A stretch of 64,000 bases of DNA from Convolutriloba macropyga (Eukaryota), in contig NC_134469.1 in NCBI RefSeq assembly GCF_964194025.1, forward strand, positions 9,238,001-9,302,000, read 5' to 3'. A program made the translations under genes and the position numbers. The notes beneath the pieces were generated by a model, which had not been told where the DNA came from, searched no databases, and saw only the letters and a program-made list of their open reading frames with translations. This document shows positions 1 through 14,800 of this stretch, one piece after another. The number at the start of each line of letters is the position of its first letter. Position 1 is the stretch's first letter.

Positions 1-314
1 AAATAGCACGTGTTCACACTACATTTTAAGCTCCTCGAAAAAATCTAAATATAAAAACACTTTTAATTTGGAACGCTGGACGAGCTTTTTAATGATACCA
101 CTCACATTTCTCTCTGATGAATATATCAATCGGCCAAAATTGACTGAACAAAAAACACATTTGAGTATATATAGTTGCTCCCCCCACAAGTTGGGTTGGA
201 ACAATAATTGTTGTTTCTGTTATAACGTATGTTTAAGGTATCTTAGTAAGATATTAATTATTTTTTTTTGATGCCTTTTAATGCTAGAAAAAAAGAAGAA
301 AATAAGAAAAGTAC

Positions 315-530
315 CTGTTAACACCTGGCTCTCATTTATCAGTTTGTCTCCGACGCTGCCGTGAACAGACACTACCAAACCCAACTTCTCAATCCGCGCC
401 TGGTTAGAACAATAAGTACGGATATACTCCAGAAGGTCTCCCGGTTTTACGTAATCTTTGGCAACTCGGACGAAATCAGCTGTGTTGCCGTTTTCCGAAA
501 AGGTCACGGTGCCAAAATCACGACAAGGAA
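315..530 (-). CDS. Putative internal coding exon of an unidentified minus-strand gene that continues left of the window
   Basis: 216-nt open segment (xPCRDFGTVTFSENGNTADFVRVAKDYVKPGDLLEYIRTYCSNQARIEKLGLVVSVHGSVGDKLINESQVLT), more GC-rich than its flanks. Bounded by an atttcAG acceptor (531-532) and an ACAG|GTACTT donor (313-314), phase 1 to phase 1. No family recognised. Confidence 0.4.
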
Positions 531-616
531 CTGAAATATTCATATCCGTAAAATTTTACCCTCTTTCCAAACAATTCTGTTTGGGGGTCTAAGCATGCTC
601 AACTACTGTGGAAATG

Positions 617-688
617 GACTAGTACCGGATTCGAAACAGCATCTTTCACTTGCAAGCCTAGTGTGCTACCCATTTACACCAACTAATC
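617..688 (-). mobile_element. tRNA-derived SINE head or pseudo-tRNA
   Basis: Minus strand reads GATTAGT-TGGTGTAAATGG (A box) ... CTTGCAA ... GTTTCGAATCC (B box) ... ACTAGTC. The acceptor stem pairs but the anticodon stem does not. Confidence 0.55.
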
Positions 689-1800
689 TTAAGCTCTCGA
701 ACTGGGGCATCTCTTATAACCCGTTCTCACGTTCTTTCTTTTTCCTCAGGGCTTCACTTCTCTAGCCAAGTATACGTTGAACAAGTTGAGCTTCTTTTCA
801 AGCTATGTCAAGCTTATCTTATGCAAAATTTACATTAGGTTCTTTTCTCTCCACCTTCCATTAATGCTTGTAGGTCCATGGTGTAAAAAATGAGCAATGC
901 TCGCCGCCTTTTCTTCCTAGCCCTGAAAAAACATCAACATCAGAAACTGTCTAGCTTTAAATTGGTTTCACAATAAACGTTTAATTTTTAAGTTCATAAG
1001 CAAAGTCTGCTTGGTATTTTAACAGTAAATCGTTGATTATTTTCAATTAATTTTGTTTATGACAACCCGTCATTAATGTGACTATCAGAAAACACGGCAA
1101 TAAATATCAAATAATTACAAACTTTATTTTACATCCAAAACTCGTTGTCCATTTTCTTAAAACAATTAATTACCAAATCAAAGTGGCTTCAGATAAAACC
1201 TATACCCTATACATATACTAAAACCCAAAAAATAAACATGGACTCCATTAGAAAAAAATGTGGGTCTTTTCCTCAATGCTTCCTGTCAAGCTTTCGCGCA
1301 AATTACATTAGGTTGTACTCGCTCAACTTTCTAACAAATTTCAACATTCCAGGTCTTTCAGCAAACTCTCTGAGATTTAGGAGACGTTAAAGCATACGCT
1401 CGAATGATTTTAAAATAGCGGTATATTTTTGAAATACAATTTCTCAGTAAAAGAAGCTAGATAGCATTCTGTTTTCAGTTTGAGTTCTTAGTTGAAACTT
1501 AGTTGAATTTAGTGAAATGCCGTGGTTGAGATATATGTTTTGTTCTGGAGTCTTTCACGGAAAACTTGGAGAATAAGGACTCTGAATTTCGCTCTGACTC
1601 AGAGAAATTTAGATTCAGTGCAGAGTATATTTCCTCAAAATTTTCTGTATCATTATTTCAAAATCTGAAAAAAGTGTCTGAAATTTCTCTGAATTAGTAG
1701 TCTGTATCAGATACTCACTGACTGTTAGGTGAAAGCAGGATAATTTTTTTTCCAAAATTTAAAGCAACTTGATGATCCAGTATTTGATAGATTCCCCGGA

Positions 1801-2594
1801 CAGAACTCCAAGTCTATATCAGTACTGTTCAAGCCTAATTCCAAGTTTTATTTCGTTTCCCAGTACTGGGCGAGTCTAAATACAAGTCTTACAAGTCTGG
1901 CAAGTCTTAACCAAGGAAGTCAAAACCAACTTTTCAAAAAATTTCGAGTGAAAATTTCGAATTCAAAAAAAGTTCGCAACGGGGCACTTTCTCAGGGGCA
2001 CTTTCTCGGTGACCCCTGAAAACTGATGCAGACTGATGCCAACTCATTTCAACTGATGCCAACTGATGCCAGGGGAACCGGGAAGGTCAATTTGGGCCGT
2101 TTTCAACTGTTTCTGGGCCGTTTTCAGCCATTTCTCAGCCGTTTTAAGCCGAATTTTTGACGTTTCCCCCGTTATTTTTGACGTTTTTTTCGCCTATTTT
2201 TGACGTTTTTTCGGCTTTTTTTGACGTTTTTCCGGCTAATTTGGACGTTTTTTTGGCTATTTTAGACGTTGTTTTCGGCTATTTTTGACGTTTCTCCAAC
2301 TATTTTAGACGTTTTTTCGGTTAACGTAGACGTTTTTTCGGCTATTTTTCATCTTGACTTTTTCGGCTATTTTTGACGTTTTTTTCGGCTATTTTTTAAG
2401 GTTTTTCGGCTATTTTAGACGTTTTTTTGGCTATTTGAGACGTTTTTTTTTCGGCTAATTTCGACTTACGGAAACTTGGATTTAGAAATTTAGAATTGTC
2501 AAGTCTTAAATCAGACTTGGATCAGCCTTGCCAAGTCTCAGCCCAGACTTGATTTAGACTGCCAAGTGTAAAAAGTGACATGATCATAGTTCTG
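1801..2594. mobile_element. Foldback/MITE-like element with an internal ~21-bp minisatellite
   Basis: Ends CAGAACT...AGTTCTG. Subterminal inverted match GGCGAGTCTAAATACAAGTCT / AGACTTGATTTAGACTGCC. Central array of TTTTTCGGCTATTTTTGACG-like units at ~2150-2465. Confidence 0.55.
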
Positions 2595-3947
2595 AATCCG
2601 CAATGAAATAAGACCAAGATTTAGATATGCCCAGTAGTGAAATTGACTTGGCGATAGATCCGGGTAATCACTTTGAAATATTGACATGTCTGTCAGAGAA
2701 ACAAAGGCCAGATCAATTTGGATATATTACCAGCGTCGTTTACTCGAACATATTGCGACCAGTTATAAAAACAAAAAAAAACAAAAAAAAACACTCACTG
2801 ATTGTTTGTTCTGTTGTTGTGTTGCTACTACTGCCAGCCAAATCGCGTCGATCAGTTGTAGTTAGCGAAGTCTCAGCATAATCTCCACTGTAGTGAGCGA
2901 AGATAGCTTGCACGAATTCTTTCTAAAAATTCACTTTATAGTTCATTAAAATACAGTGTAACATTGAAAAGCATTATTTGAAAAACACTTCGCTGTAACA
3001 CAACCACAAATCAGTCAGAAATGAGGCAACTTTTTAAAGTAAAATTAATTTTAAAATAGTGGCGCTTTATTGTGAAAGCCCAAATTATACTGCGACTTCA
3101 AACATTGCTTCACTGAAATGTTAAATTAACTTAGTATTTTGGAATTCAAAAATTTTCAAACTTTTCGTGCACGAAAATAAAATTTGAGTAAATAAGAGAA
3201 TCATAATTTGTTAAAATAAAATCAGGATCAATCCAAAGGCAAAAACATTTTTTATTATCTATCGAAAAATTGGTCGCGAGATATAGCAAAACTTTGTTTC
3301 TCTTTAATTTCAATTTGCGAAAATATAGAATTATACAAATCAATAATGATGAACAAAGCCATTCATTAGAGAAAAGCCTTGGCGGCAAAGCCACAAATAG
3401 GAAAACTTTATTGTCCTCACAACAAATATCAAGATTCTCCTTCACTTTTCTTTTTCAAAAACATAAGGAAGAAATTTATCAAGGAATCTACTATTTGTGC
3501 CCAAAATGGTACCATTTGTAACCATCCCAGCAAATGGTTGCTCTCTTGAGTTCCCGTTTAACATTCCTGCAAGACGTATAAAAAGCATTAACATTGAGCC
3601 AATATTTGACAGAGATTGGCTACATTAACACAAACTCGATTCAATCATTAGTTCAACAGATGACAGTATCCAGTTTTCAGTTTCGCCAATTTTATTAATG
3701 TAATTAGCTTAAGTTTTTCTCTGATTATTCGTGTGCTTGTGTGTTTAAAAATAGCAGTTTTAATTAAATGTTTAGCCATCGTGGTATACAAAAGCTTTTG
3801 AGAGTTTTTAATTGTTTCTTAAGGAAAAAGTGCGCTATATCTTAAGGCCGCTCAGTAGTTGTCTTCTAGACGACGAGATGCTGATTTGTTAACGTGCGCA
3901 AAGGCGCTCAAAACTCCTGTGACTTGTTATCTAAAGAAATCTTTGTT

Positions 3948-6900
3948 TGTTGGAGCTGTGCTTGCGGAGCATGCGTAAGAAGATAGAAGCTTAAAAACTG
4001 AGAGGGAAAAATTCTTTGTATTAATTGTAAATTTTTGTCCACTTTCTGCTTTCATAACAGCTGTCTATTCATAGTAATATTCCCAGTTCTGTTTATAATT
4101 AAAAGTACAGAAAAAGTTGCGTGAAATTAAGAAAAAGAGTGAATAACAATAGCAACCCAACAAGACTCAACAATCATTAGCAAACGGCTTTCTTCCTTTA
4201 ACTCAGCAAAACATTGCAACGCAAAAACAAATTGTCTCGAGGAGTAAATAACGTTTCACTGTGTCTTGCGTTTTAAGTATTCTTCAGCAGTAATTTGCAG
4301 TGTCTGGTATTGAAAATTATTCTTGATAAGTAATTTATTTGTTACTCTGTACTGTAGCTACGAATTATTTGAGTTGCAATTCAACTGTTACAAAACCCCG
4401 CTTCTGGTATTTCATCTCGTGAGTGAAAACGCAAAACCCAACATAAATTATACTTAAAATATTATTGCATAAACAGATCTTAGACATATAAATTGTCTAT
4501 GATTTGTTTCCATATCGTTCTGCACTGGTACAGATAGAGAGATCCCGTATTGTGTGATCTGTAGCGACCCAGTCAGATTCAATTTCTAAAAAACTAAGAA
4601 TAACAAATAGACAATTTTAAATTGTAATGCAACGGTAAAAATAAAGCGGCTATACAAACTCAAAAGCGAACTGCAAAGGCAAATTATCCGGATATATTTT
4701 CAACCGTTGAAAAGAAATGAGTGGTGTAAAGCTTTCTCCATCGCAATTGACTGGAAGATCAGCCACTACATTTGGACTGCCGACACGCACAGTGGAAGGC
4801 AAGCTCTTGTTGAATGAACTGAGAGAACAATAAAGTTAACTTCTCAAATCAAGAAATTATCAGTAAAGAATCAAGCTGCTGCCTAAATCATAAAACGAAG
4901 TAAATGGATCAGGGAGTCGCAGCAGCCTGGAAAAACAGCAGATTCAGAGCTGCCTACAGCCCACTCGAGCAAAAACGGGAAAAGGGTAAGACAAACTTCA
5001 AAACGGTAACCCGCCCAGCAAATGCAAACCAATCTGCTAACAGATACAAGCAAATTGCAACCACCTTTAATAACTACCTTGAAAAACGAAGTGATTTGAA
5101 ATTGTTTCGCAATTATAAATTAGAATAACATAGGTCCTCTAGCAGCCTATAAAACAATTGTTAACTCTATATTCACGCAAAGAAAGATATGTCAATTTAG
5201 CAAAGTCAATCGATTGCTCAGTTGTCTGAAGCGGATCTGACTCTAATTGATTCATTGCCGACAAGTCAAAACATGGAATCATAACACACAGGAACCATGC
5301 GAGAGTGAACGTTGTTATACCAAACGAACAAACAAACAATCAAGACATTAAAGACGTTCCCGAAAAATCCTTAGTGAAGAAAAGTTTCTTGAGTATGCGT
5401 TGGAATTGGATTCGAACCAAAAAAGAAACTCAGAAGAACCGAAATTAATAGAGGGACACTGGAGCTGGAAATGCAGATTAAAAGTTTTGGCGATGCAGCA
5501 TCATCTTCTGGAGCGGGCGAGAGTTAGAGTGCAAATTGTAAATCACAAAAACAAACAAGGATGACGTACGTTCTCAATCAACCAACGCTCGTGACAAGTA
5601 ACCTTTCAATTAGACAAGAAAAAAAGAGTTTCTCGGTGTCGGCCAGTATAATGAACCAAACACAAACACCAGTTCAAACAAAAACACACATTCATGTCAG
5701 CCCTGAACAGATTGAAGATAGGCTTTATCAACAGTCTCTAAAATCTGGATATCCTTTATCAATTGTTGAGGAGAGATTTTTTGATTTTTTGCACAAGCAC
5801 TGGACATCACAAGCACTTTTGTATGCGGACAAGCACTGGACATCCAAGAAGTAACAGTTTCCCAAAGCTGAAGCCAAAAAGTTTTGACAAAAACCACTAG
5901 CATGTTTACTGCAACAGTCCATAAACGCATCATTCCCGATTCAGAGAAAATGAGCCAGTTGAAAAAGCTATTAACAGTCAAAACAAAATCGGCAACCCCG
6001 GCAACGGGAGTCTGGATAGTTTTACAGCGTTGTCTGTAGCATTCTTAAAAAATGGAAGACAGCATCTAGGGAAGCAGCTCCATAGCTTGTGGAAATCAAA
6101 TCAGTACAGTAATAGTCACGTGAAACGAAAAAAAATGGGGAATAAAAATAGCGACCCAACAAACTCAAAAATCTTTAGCAGACGAGTTGCTTCCTATAAC
6201 CCAGCAAAACACTGCGAAGTAAAAAAACAACTGTCTCGAGCAGTAAATAGGATCTGACTGTGTCTTGCGTTTTAAGTATTCATGAGCAGTAAAATTCTGT
6301 GTCTTGTATTGGAAAATGTTTTTGAGCAGTAATTTATTTGTTACTGTGAACTGCATCTACGAATTGTTTGAGCTGCAATTCATCTGTTACGAACCTCAGC
6401 TTATGGTCTTTCAATCGGTGATTAAATAATCAAAACCCCACATAGGTTAGACTTGAACATTTTTGCATAAACACATCTTAGACATACAAATTGTCTTCGA
6501 TTTATTTTCATATCGCTCTGTATTGGTATATATAGAGAGAGATCCCGTATTTTGTGATCTGTAACTAACCAGTCAGCTTCGTCAATTTTAAATAAACTAA
6601 AAATAGCAAACAGTCAAAACTGAATTGTAATGCAACGGTAAACATTAAAGCGGATATACAATTTCAAATGCCAAATGCAAAGGCGAAATATCTGGATATA
6701 TTTCAACCGTTGAAAAGAAATGGGCGGTGTAAAGCTATTTCTGTCTTAACTGTTTGGCAAATCAGCCGCTACATTTAGTTCACCAACACTCACAGTGGAA
6801 GGCAAGCTATTGTTGAATGAATTGAGAGAACCACGAGGTTAACTTCTCAAATCAAGCTGCTGCCTAAACTACAAAACAAAATGTCTCAATCAGGGAACGA

Positions 6901-9302
6901 CAGCAGCCTGAAAAAACAGCAGATTCAGTGCTGCCTGGATCCACTTCGATTAAAAACGCGAGAAAGGTAAGACATAATTCAAAACGGCTATCGGCCCCGC
7001 ATATTCAAACCAATCTATCAACAGATACAAGCAATAAGTGAAAATTGAAGTGATTTGAATTTGTTTCGCAATCATAAACTAGAACAACATAGGTTCTCTA
7101 GCAGCCACTATAACGATTGTTTACTATATATTCACGGACAAATTATGTCAAATTAGCAATGTCATTCAGTTGCTCAGTCGTCTGAAGCAGAACCGCCTGC
7201 AAATGGTTCAAAGCCGTCAGATCAAAATTGTTGGCTCTCAGATGAGATCATAACACGAGCCATGCAAGAGTGAACGGTGTTACACCAAACGAACAAACAA
7301 ACAATCAAGACATAAAAAACGTTTCGGAAACACGCTCAGCGAAGCAAAAATTTGCTGAGTTTTTGTTGGAATTGGATTCGAACCTAGAGTGCAAATCACA
7401 AAAACGAACAAGGATGACTGCGTTCTCAATCAACCAACGCTCGTGACAAGTAACCTTTCAGTTAGACACGAAAAAAAGAGAAATATTTCGGATTGGGCCA
7501 GTATGATGAACGAAACACAAACACCAGGTCGAACAGAAACCCGCTTTCACGTCAACCCTGAACAAATTGAAGATAGGCTTTATCAACAGTGTCTGAAGTC
7601 TCGACATCATTCATCAGGTGTTGAAGACAGAGATGTTTGGCAAAAAGTAAGTATGCGGACAGACATTGGACATCTAAGAAGTAGAAGTTTCCCAAAACTG
7701 AAGCAGAACAATCTTTAAAAAAACCCACTACAGTGACTTGAATGGTCTAGCATCACGATTGAGAGAAAATGAGCCACTTGAAAAAGCTATTAACCGTCAA
7801 AACAAAACTCAGCAACGGGAGTCTGGATAAATGTACATCGTTGTATGGACCATTCTTAAAAAAATTGAAAGACCGCATGTGATTTTAGAGGAGCAGCTCG
7901 AGATCCAGTGGAAAACAAATTAAGTAAAGCCTCGAGACTCATCAATCCTGATTCAATTTCTTGTTACTGTATTTAATTTTGTAAAACTACTCAGGGATAA
8001 CAAACAGAGTGGTGATTTGCATTCATGTTAACAGTTATATACGGCCATTGTTAAGCCACTACAGATATTCAAAGAGAAATTATAGTTTTATGTTGATGGC
8101 AAGGACCAGGAATGACTGATATAATCAATTTGAAGAATGGTTATCACAAAATGCATTCGTGCATGATGGTTTCTCAGCGTTTAAAGAATAACGCAAAAAA
8201 AGACAAGCGTATTAAAAGGAGAAAAACCATACTTAAAGACATCAAAAGTCAGTGCAATACGCAAAAAAAACGAATGCAAAGCCAAGCGATCTGTGTTAGC
8301 TAGCTGGCACTCACCGTTATTAGAACTGTCAATTATTCAGGAACATGAAAATTAACGATCGGTAAGTAGCAGTGCGGAAGCAACAATTGTGTTGTGGATG
8401 CCCGGGAAAAGTAAATGCTAAAACGATTGCAGAGTCAACGTGTGTGTTATAAAACAGATGCGTGCCAAAAAATTACCATCGATTGCTTCCATCAAATATT
8501 AAATGGACGGTGGCAATCCCGCAGACAATGTAAGCGCACAAACGAAAAACCAAAGGAACGAAGTTGCGGGGTTTCTTACGATAATCCGGTCTCAATAAGG
8601 AGCGGTAGCAACCGCTAAACAAAAACGCTCTTCTCAATTGTGGATCAACAATATCATTCAATGATCAAAGCATTCATGAGAAGTTGCAAGCTTGAGGCAC
8701 CAATTATACGCTTCAAGTAGCTGGTATTCGAGGAAAAAAACTCTGAAGACAGAGAAAGCTCTTCTAAGAACAAAGCGACTGCATTCAAAGGTCTACCTGC
8801 TCGATGTGTTTGTACACTGGTCAAACTCATTGGGATATCCGTACCAAGAACACAAAACACACTTGAGTTCTATCCCGAACAGCAACTTGAATTTCAAGGA
8901 AACACGCATCATTCTGGGCCAAGATGCGGACGAACTACAAAAAGCAAAAGACTACAAGATAGGAACAGGAAGTGAAAATTTCGCTGTCCTGACGAAAATC
9001 CAGACAAGGTGGGACATAGAAACCTATGCGTCCAAAATCAACCGTTGTCAGTTAGTCAGTTAGGCACAACAGATGCTAGAGAGTACGACAAAGTTCACAG
9101 GCGACCGCTAAAAAGTGGGAATGATTTGGAGTGAACCAAATCCGAACCTACAGACCAAATACAGATCAGCCTTTGCTCAGATATACTTATTGGTGCGAAG
9201 ATTCCAAAAGGACCCAATGCTTAAAAGTTTGTATCAACAATGGGCGCAAAATTGAAAGTCGATGGCTTTGTTTGTTTACAACTTTAACAGTACGAACTGT
9301 GC

Positions 9303-9334
<32 letters not shown>

Positions 9335-10360
9335 TCCCAAAACTGGAAAATGACAGTTGTCTAAACGCAATCCATAGCGCGAAGAGGCAAACCAATAAAA
9401 ACAATCAGTGACAACGGGACAAACTTTGTTGGAGCAGACCAAGAGTTCTAAGAGTATGGAAGCAGCATGGAGCAGAGAAGAGACGCAGGAAATTTATTTC
9501 AACGGGGAATGAGATGGCAGCTCAATCCGCCCACAGCAACTCATTTTCGATGATTGTGGGAGCGATTAGTCAGAAGTCGCAAGAAAGCAATATATGCATT
9601 GTTGGGGAACCGATCAATTACGGAAGATGGGTTTTCAAAAACAATGTGTCTTGTTGGGCAGACGTTGAGTGGCAGACCATTGACACCATTCAGTTCTGTT
9701 GTAAGCGGTTTGTAAGCTTTTACGTCAAAGCAGTCCCTGTTTGGTAACAGAAACACTAAGCTACCATATTTACCAGTCACAGAGAAAAACAAACTTAATC
9801 AATCTCATCTGAGACAGGTTCCGAAAAAGTACCTGCCAACTTTGAACAATAAAAAATGGAAACGCATATCCGACAAAAACCTGCACCAAGGAGACCTCGT
9901 TTGGTTGGTCGGAGACAGTGACAAACGAGGGTGACACAAATTTGCTCAACTTACAGAAACCATCGCATGTTCTGACACAGCAATTCGATCAGCAACAAAA
10001 GATGTAGTCGAAAAATTCTGACGGAAGATGGAGTCCGGGAGGCCTGTCATAAAGCTCGCTCCAGATACCAATTGAATATATTTTCACGAAAAGAAACGGG
10101 GCCTGCGATTTTGAAGCTGAGCTTGCCGAGCTCTCCAAACATAGAGAAATAAAAACTGAGAGTAGAAAACTCTTTTGTATTAGTTGTTTGTTTTTGCCCA
10201 CTTTGTTGTCATGGCAACTGTTGAATCCTAGTACCCAGTTCTGTTTAGGGTTACAGGTAGATTAATAGTCAGGTGATATGAAGAAAAAGGGGAAAATAAC
10301 ATAGCAAACCAGCAAGGCTCCACAAAATTATCCGTAGCAAATGGCTTTGATCCTTTAATT
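3948..10360 (+). mobile_element. Decayed, internally deleted BEL/Pao LTR retrotransposon
   Basis: Diverged LTR-like direct repeats (~3948-4400, partial at ~6140-6400, ~10110-10360). Protease-like NALLNCGSTISF at ~8625. Integrase remnants WLCLFTTLTVRTVHI (~9263), ISDNGTNFVGA (~9405), LWERLVRS (~9555) and QGDLVWLV (~9890). PPT-like AAGAAACGGGGCC at ~10090. Many stops and frameshifts. Confidence 0.85.
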
Positions 10361-11700
10361 CAAATATCGCAAAATATCCCAATAAACAGTTAAATCTGGA
10401 TTGTAAAGCAAGGGTAAGAAAATAGCGGAAATATAGTTACAAAAATAAACTGAAAAGGAAAAATATCAGGAAAGATTTTGAACCACTGAAACAAACTGTG
10501 CGGTGCAAAGTTTTCCTCGTCGCAACTGATTGGTAGCACAACCGTTATATTGTTGTCATCATTACGTTTTAGTCTGGAGAAGTCTCAATCATAAATAGTC
10601 TTCTTTCAGTTTTAGTAAATAATAATAAACATAACCGACTAATGTAGGACGTATTGCGCTCACATCTCAAAGGACAAATGACGGCAGAGTTTCGGTTGTA
10701 ATATACTTGGGAACCAGCATAATTACCTAGCGTTTGCAAGTTGTTGATTGCTTTCATTGTTCTGACCTCATGTGATGAGGGAGAGGACCATATGCTGGCC
10801 TGGCTTTCTTTTTTTGTCTTTAGCGGTAACAATGGAAAAATTTTGCAGTTTACAGTATGCAAACGGGTTTAGAGAAATTTGTTTTTTTTTGCGGTATAAA
10901 TATTTTTCTAAAAGAAGAAAACTGGGTTTTCCAGCTCTCGCGTTCTTTGCCGAAGTTTAGGCATGGCCTTTAAAACTTAGGGAAACTTTCACAGAATCGA
11001 TGAAATACAATAAAATTCTCAAAATCATAGGGTAGATTTCGGGCAAAAAAGTAAACACCAGTCATCTTTCTGCGCTTTACATCTAATTGTCTAAAAATTA
11101 GAACTCCTGGTTTGATGAATAATTAAAAAATTCAAATTTTCCTTTCATTTACCAAAACGAAACAGAACGCTTGATTAGACTCACAGAACTTTCAACATTT
11201 TAAAAACTGGGCTTCTTGCTACACAAATATTATTAAAACCATTTTGAACATAAAGCATTAAACTGACAAAAAAGGGCTTTCGAAAAGTTTAAAACCTTGT
11301 TTCAGACTAATTTCACATGCCTGGATCTGATTAAAAACTCGAAGTAAATTCCATAATACATAAAAAATTTTTTTCGTTTTTTCGTAATAAAACACTTTAA
11401 AACACTTTTTCTTTAAAGTTTATTTTTTATATTTATTTAGTTCAGCGAATAAAAAGGTTGCGCTGAGATTTGTTAAACGAATCTTATTGACTGAAAGTTT
11501 TCAGCTGAATCATATAGTCGGAACTATTTCCTCCCCTCGTGGAAAAAAATTGCTTCCTTATTTACATTGTGAACAAAACAAACGAATGTATGTTTTGCAC
11601 TGATAGTAGATATTGTCTATTATGTACCCACTACAATTTACATACAAATATAAAGGGATAAAATTGTCAAATGAAGGGTCAATTTAGAAAAAAAACGTAC

Positions 11701-11805
11701 CTGTGACAGGTAGACATCTTCTCGACTGGGTCTTCGCGACCAGCTCAGAAGAGTGGGAATATTCTCAAACACCACCTTCTCAAATGCGTCCACCGTCAGC
11801 TCCAT
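11701..11805 (-). CDS. Possible first coding exon (MELTVDAFEKVVFENIPTLLSWSRRPSREDVYLSQ)
   Basis: ATG at 11805, 35 open codons, GC-richer than flanks, ending at a good CAG|GTACGT donor (11700-11699). Downstream exons not identified. Confidence 0.3.
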
Positions 11806-14800
11806 TAATAAACCAGTCTTTAATGAACCAGTCTATTAATAAACCAGTCTTATAACATCAATGAATGCAGTGCTGTTTGTTGCTGTTTTCTATCACACAC
11901 AAATAAAATGTTCAAAAGATGTCCGTCTGTTCAGGAAAATTGGTTAAATTCCAATTTCCCGGTAGTAAATAATACAAACTAGAGCCCAAATATAAAGAAG
12001 CCGCAGTTTCTCTAAATAAGCGGGTTAGTTTAGAACTAATGTTTCAAAATAACACCTATAGGATAAACGAATGCTGCCCAAATAGACTATGGCGCTACCA
12101 AACTGGTGCAGTCTGAACTATTTCTACGTGCAACCAACACTAAAGGTAAACTGTATACATGTAAAAAAGCAGCGGTATGGTAAGCTAGAAGGCAAAGCTC
12201 TGCACGGAGCGAATACGATCAAAGAAATGTATCTTTTATTCTTCCACAATCAAATAGCGAGTATTCCCATAGACCACCCGTTGCTATGGTAATTCCCAAC
12301 TTATAACCCAATGGCTCAAATGCTGTGTGATTCTATATTCCAGGAATAAAAATGCAAAGCTATAACGCTTTTATTTTTCCATTTTTTTCCGACCAGTTAT
12401 ATATTGTGAGGAAATAAGCAGTTCAGGACGCGTTCTAAAAATTTAATCTTATAAAAAGGGGGAAATACATTGTTCATGTTTTCAATGCTTTATTTTTTCA
12501 AAGGATGATCGCACAAAATGACGCGTGCAGCCGTTACAATAAAAACACACTGTTAAAGCTGAGCTTGAAGGACTAATTTTAAGCATTTTAAGCTTAGTAC
12601 TTTACGCTAGGTTCCTGTACCGGATAAATTAACATTCGTATAGGATAAATTTAACAGCATAATTTTAAAACAAACCAGCCGTGGCTATCTGGAAGATAAG
12701 CTCAAATAACGCAATTTGTAGAGAAAGGATAAAATTGGATAAAGATTATTCAACGATAGCAACTTCGCATCGCTAGTCGCGCTAATCTTCAAAAAGATTT
12801 GAAAAATTTTTTGCTGATTTTCGAAAAATACTATCCTTTTAATCTGAACGCATTTTAATTGTTTCTATTTTCAAAATTTTTGCTCCAACCCTCGATTAAA
12901 TGGGAGTTAGGAATTTAGACAAACCTCTTTTGTCGAGCCAATTTTGGCCGACGGATATCTTTTGCGGTTATATGTGGAACCATTGGAAAAATCTTGAAAA
13001 ACCCATTAAGCGAGATATTTTTAGTTTTATTTCGCAAGCGAAAAACAAGGTTTCAATTCACATTAGTTTCATTGTTCTCTCGCTTTTTCACCTTTCAAAA
13101 GCGCGTTTCAGGTACCTAAATTAGCAATATTAGCAATCTTTGTTAACTACAAAAATAGCTAGATTCACTTGAGAATCCTTTGAGAGTTCTTGAATTAAAA
13201 TTTTGCAGTTTTTGCGCTAATTTAGTTCAATAGTTAGGCAAAATACATCAAATATTTTGGTTATCTTGACTTTTTTCTGTCAAATTATCCAAACATAACA
13301 TTCAGAATAGTTAAGTGTTCCTAACAGACGAACGGCCATAGCAAGTTTTGGTGTAATCGTTGTTTCTTAAAGAAAAAAGTTCGGATTGTAATCACTCGAT
13401 GTTTTCTTTCAAATCTTTTCGTTTTTTTGCTTTTTCTAATTTAGTTTCAAAAAAAAAAGAATTCGAATCAAGGCGTACTAATAACAGGTCCAATTGGTTC
13501 TCTAGGGAGTTTCAAGAAAACCTATCCCTTTTTTATTTAAAAGCTTATGGTCGTTTTCAATTTGAAAATTTTCATAAAAATAATGGACTATTGACCTTTG
13601 CAAATTTTTTTCGCTTATTGTTTTAATGGCTTCGATACCGTTTTTTGCAAATATTTATCTAATTTTCAGTTTTTTGTCTATTTATTGCTCTTTTTGTAGA
13701 CAAATGACATATTCCGGATAATAGCAGATCTCATTGACTTTCTGTCGAGAAAAAAAAAGAACTTATCTATTTCAGTCGCTAGCTATTGTTTTTATGTCAT
13801 TGAAAATCATTGTTTTCGAAAAATGCAAATGTATTTTACAACTTTTCTCATTTTGTTCTTTTTAAAAGTTGTTACCTAGTCTCATAATTCACAGGTCACA
13901 GATAACACTAATGACGTTCAAAGCAACCACAGTTGAGTCTACTTTCTTTTTGGTTTAGACTATGGTTCTGACGGCTTCGAAGCTGTTTTCATGCAAAGTT
14001 TAATGGATTCTTTTCGTCTGAAATTGTTGTTTATTTTTATAGACGTACGACATATTGTGGATAATGACAGGTCTAGTATTCATTTTGCGGTATGATTGAA
14101 CGGAGAACTTTTTAAAGATTTCAATTGATATCTAATGGCTTTCATTAACTGAATTGATATGTTTTCATGAAAACAAACCATTTTTTAACTTTGTCGTTTT
14201 TGTTATTTTTGGACAAACTGTTACCGCATCTCATCAAGGACTTGTCCCATGTTTTTTTCAGTTAGGAAAAAACTAGTTTGTTTTTAGTTTAGATTTTATT
14301 TGACACAATTTTGACTTTGTTATTTTGTATTTTTATCAAAAAAGTAGACATTGATTTTTGGATTTAAATGTTTGTTGTTTTTTTGGAATTTTTGTTTTTC
14401 TTGTTATTCATACAACAATTAATTTCAATCAATATCTCAGATTCATTGAAAGTTTCCTATTTCTTCCTGATTTGGTAGACAGTTAAGCCGATATTGTGGA
14501 TGAGTGGGGTCGGAACATCATGTGCGAACGCATATTATCAGGCCTTCTTGTTGCTTTTGTTTGGCGGAGGATAAAACACAGCTTAATTCATAATTTTTCT
14601 ACGTAAAGCAGAAGTTCCTCAGTAAATAAAAGATACAGATGTTAATTATAACTAGCTCCCACATGCGATGAAACAATCATTGCAATAAATTTTAAAAAAG
14701 CAGGAAGTGCGCGTTGAATAACTTTGCATAATTGTTTATGCACTAAATATTTTCCTATTTTTACAGCTGAATGGATCAAACGAACAAATTAAGGAGTTAA

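Noticed and set aside
617-688. Functional tRNA-Ala(TGC) gene
   Set aside because: Anticodon and T stems do not pair properly; treated as SINE-like or pseudo-tRNA.
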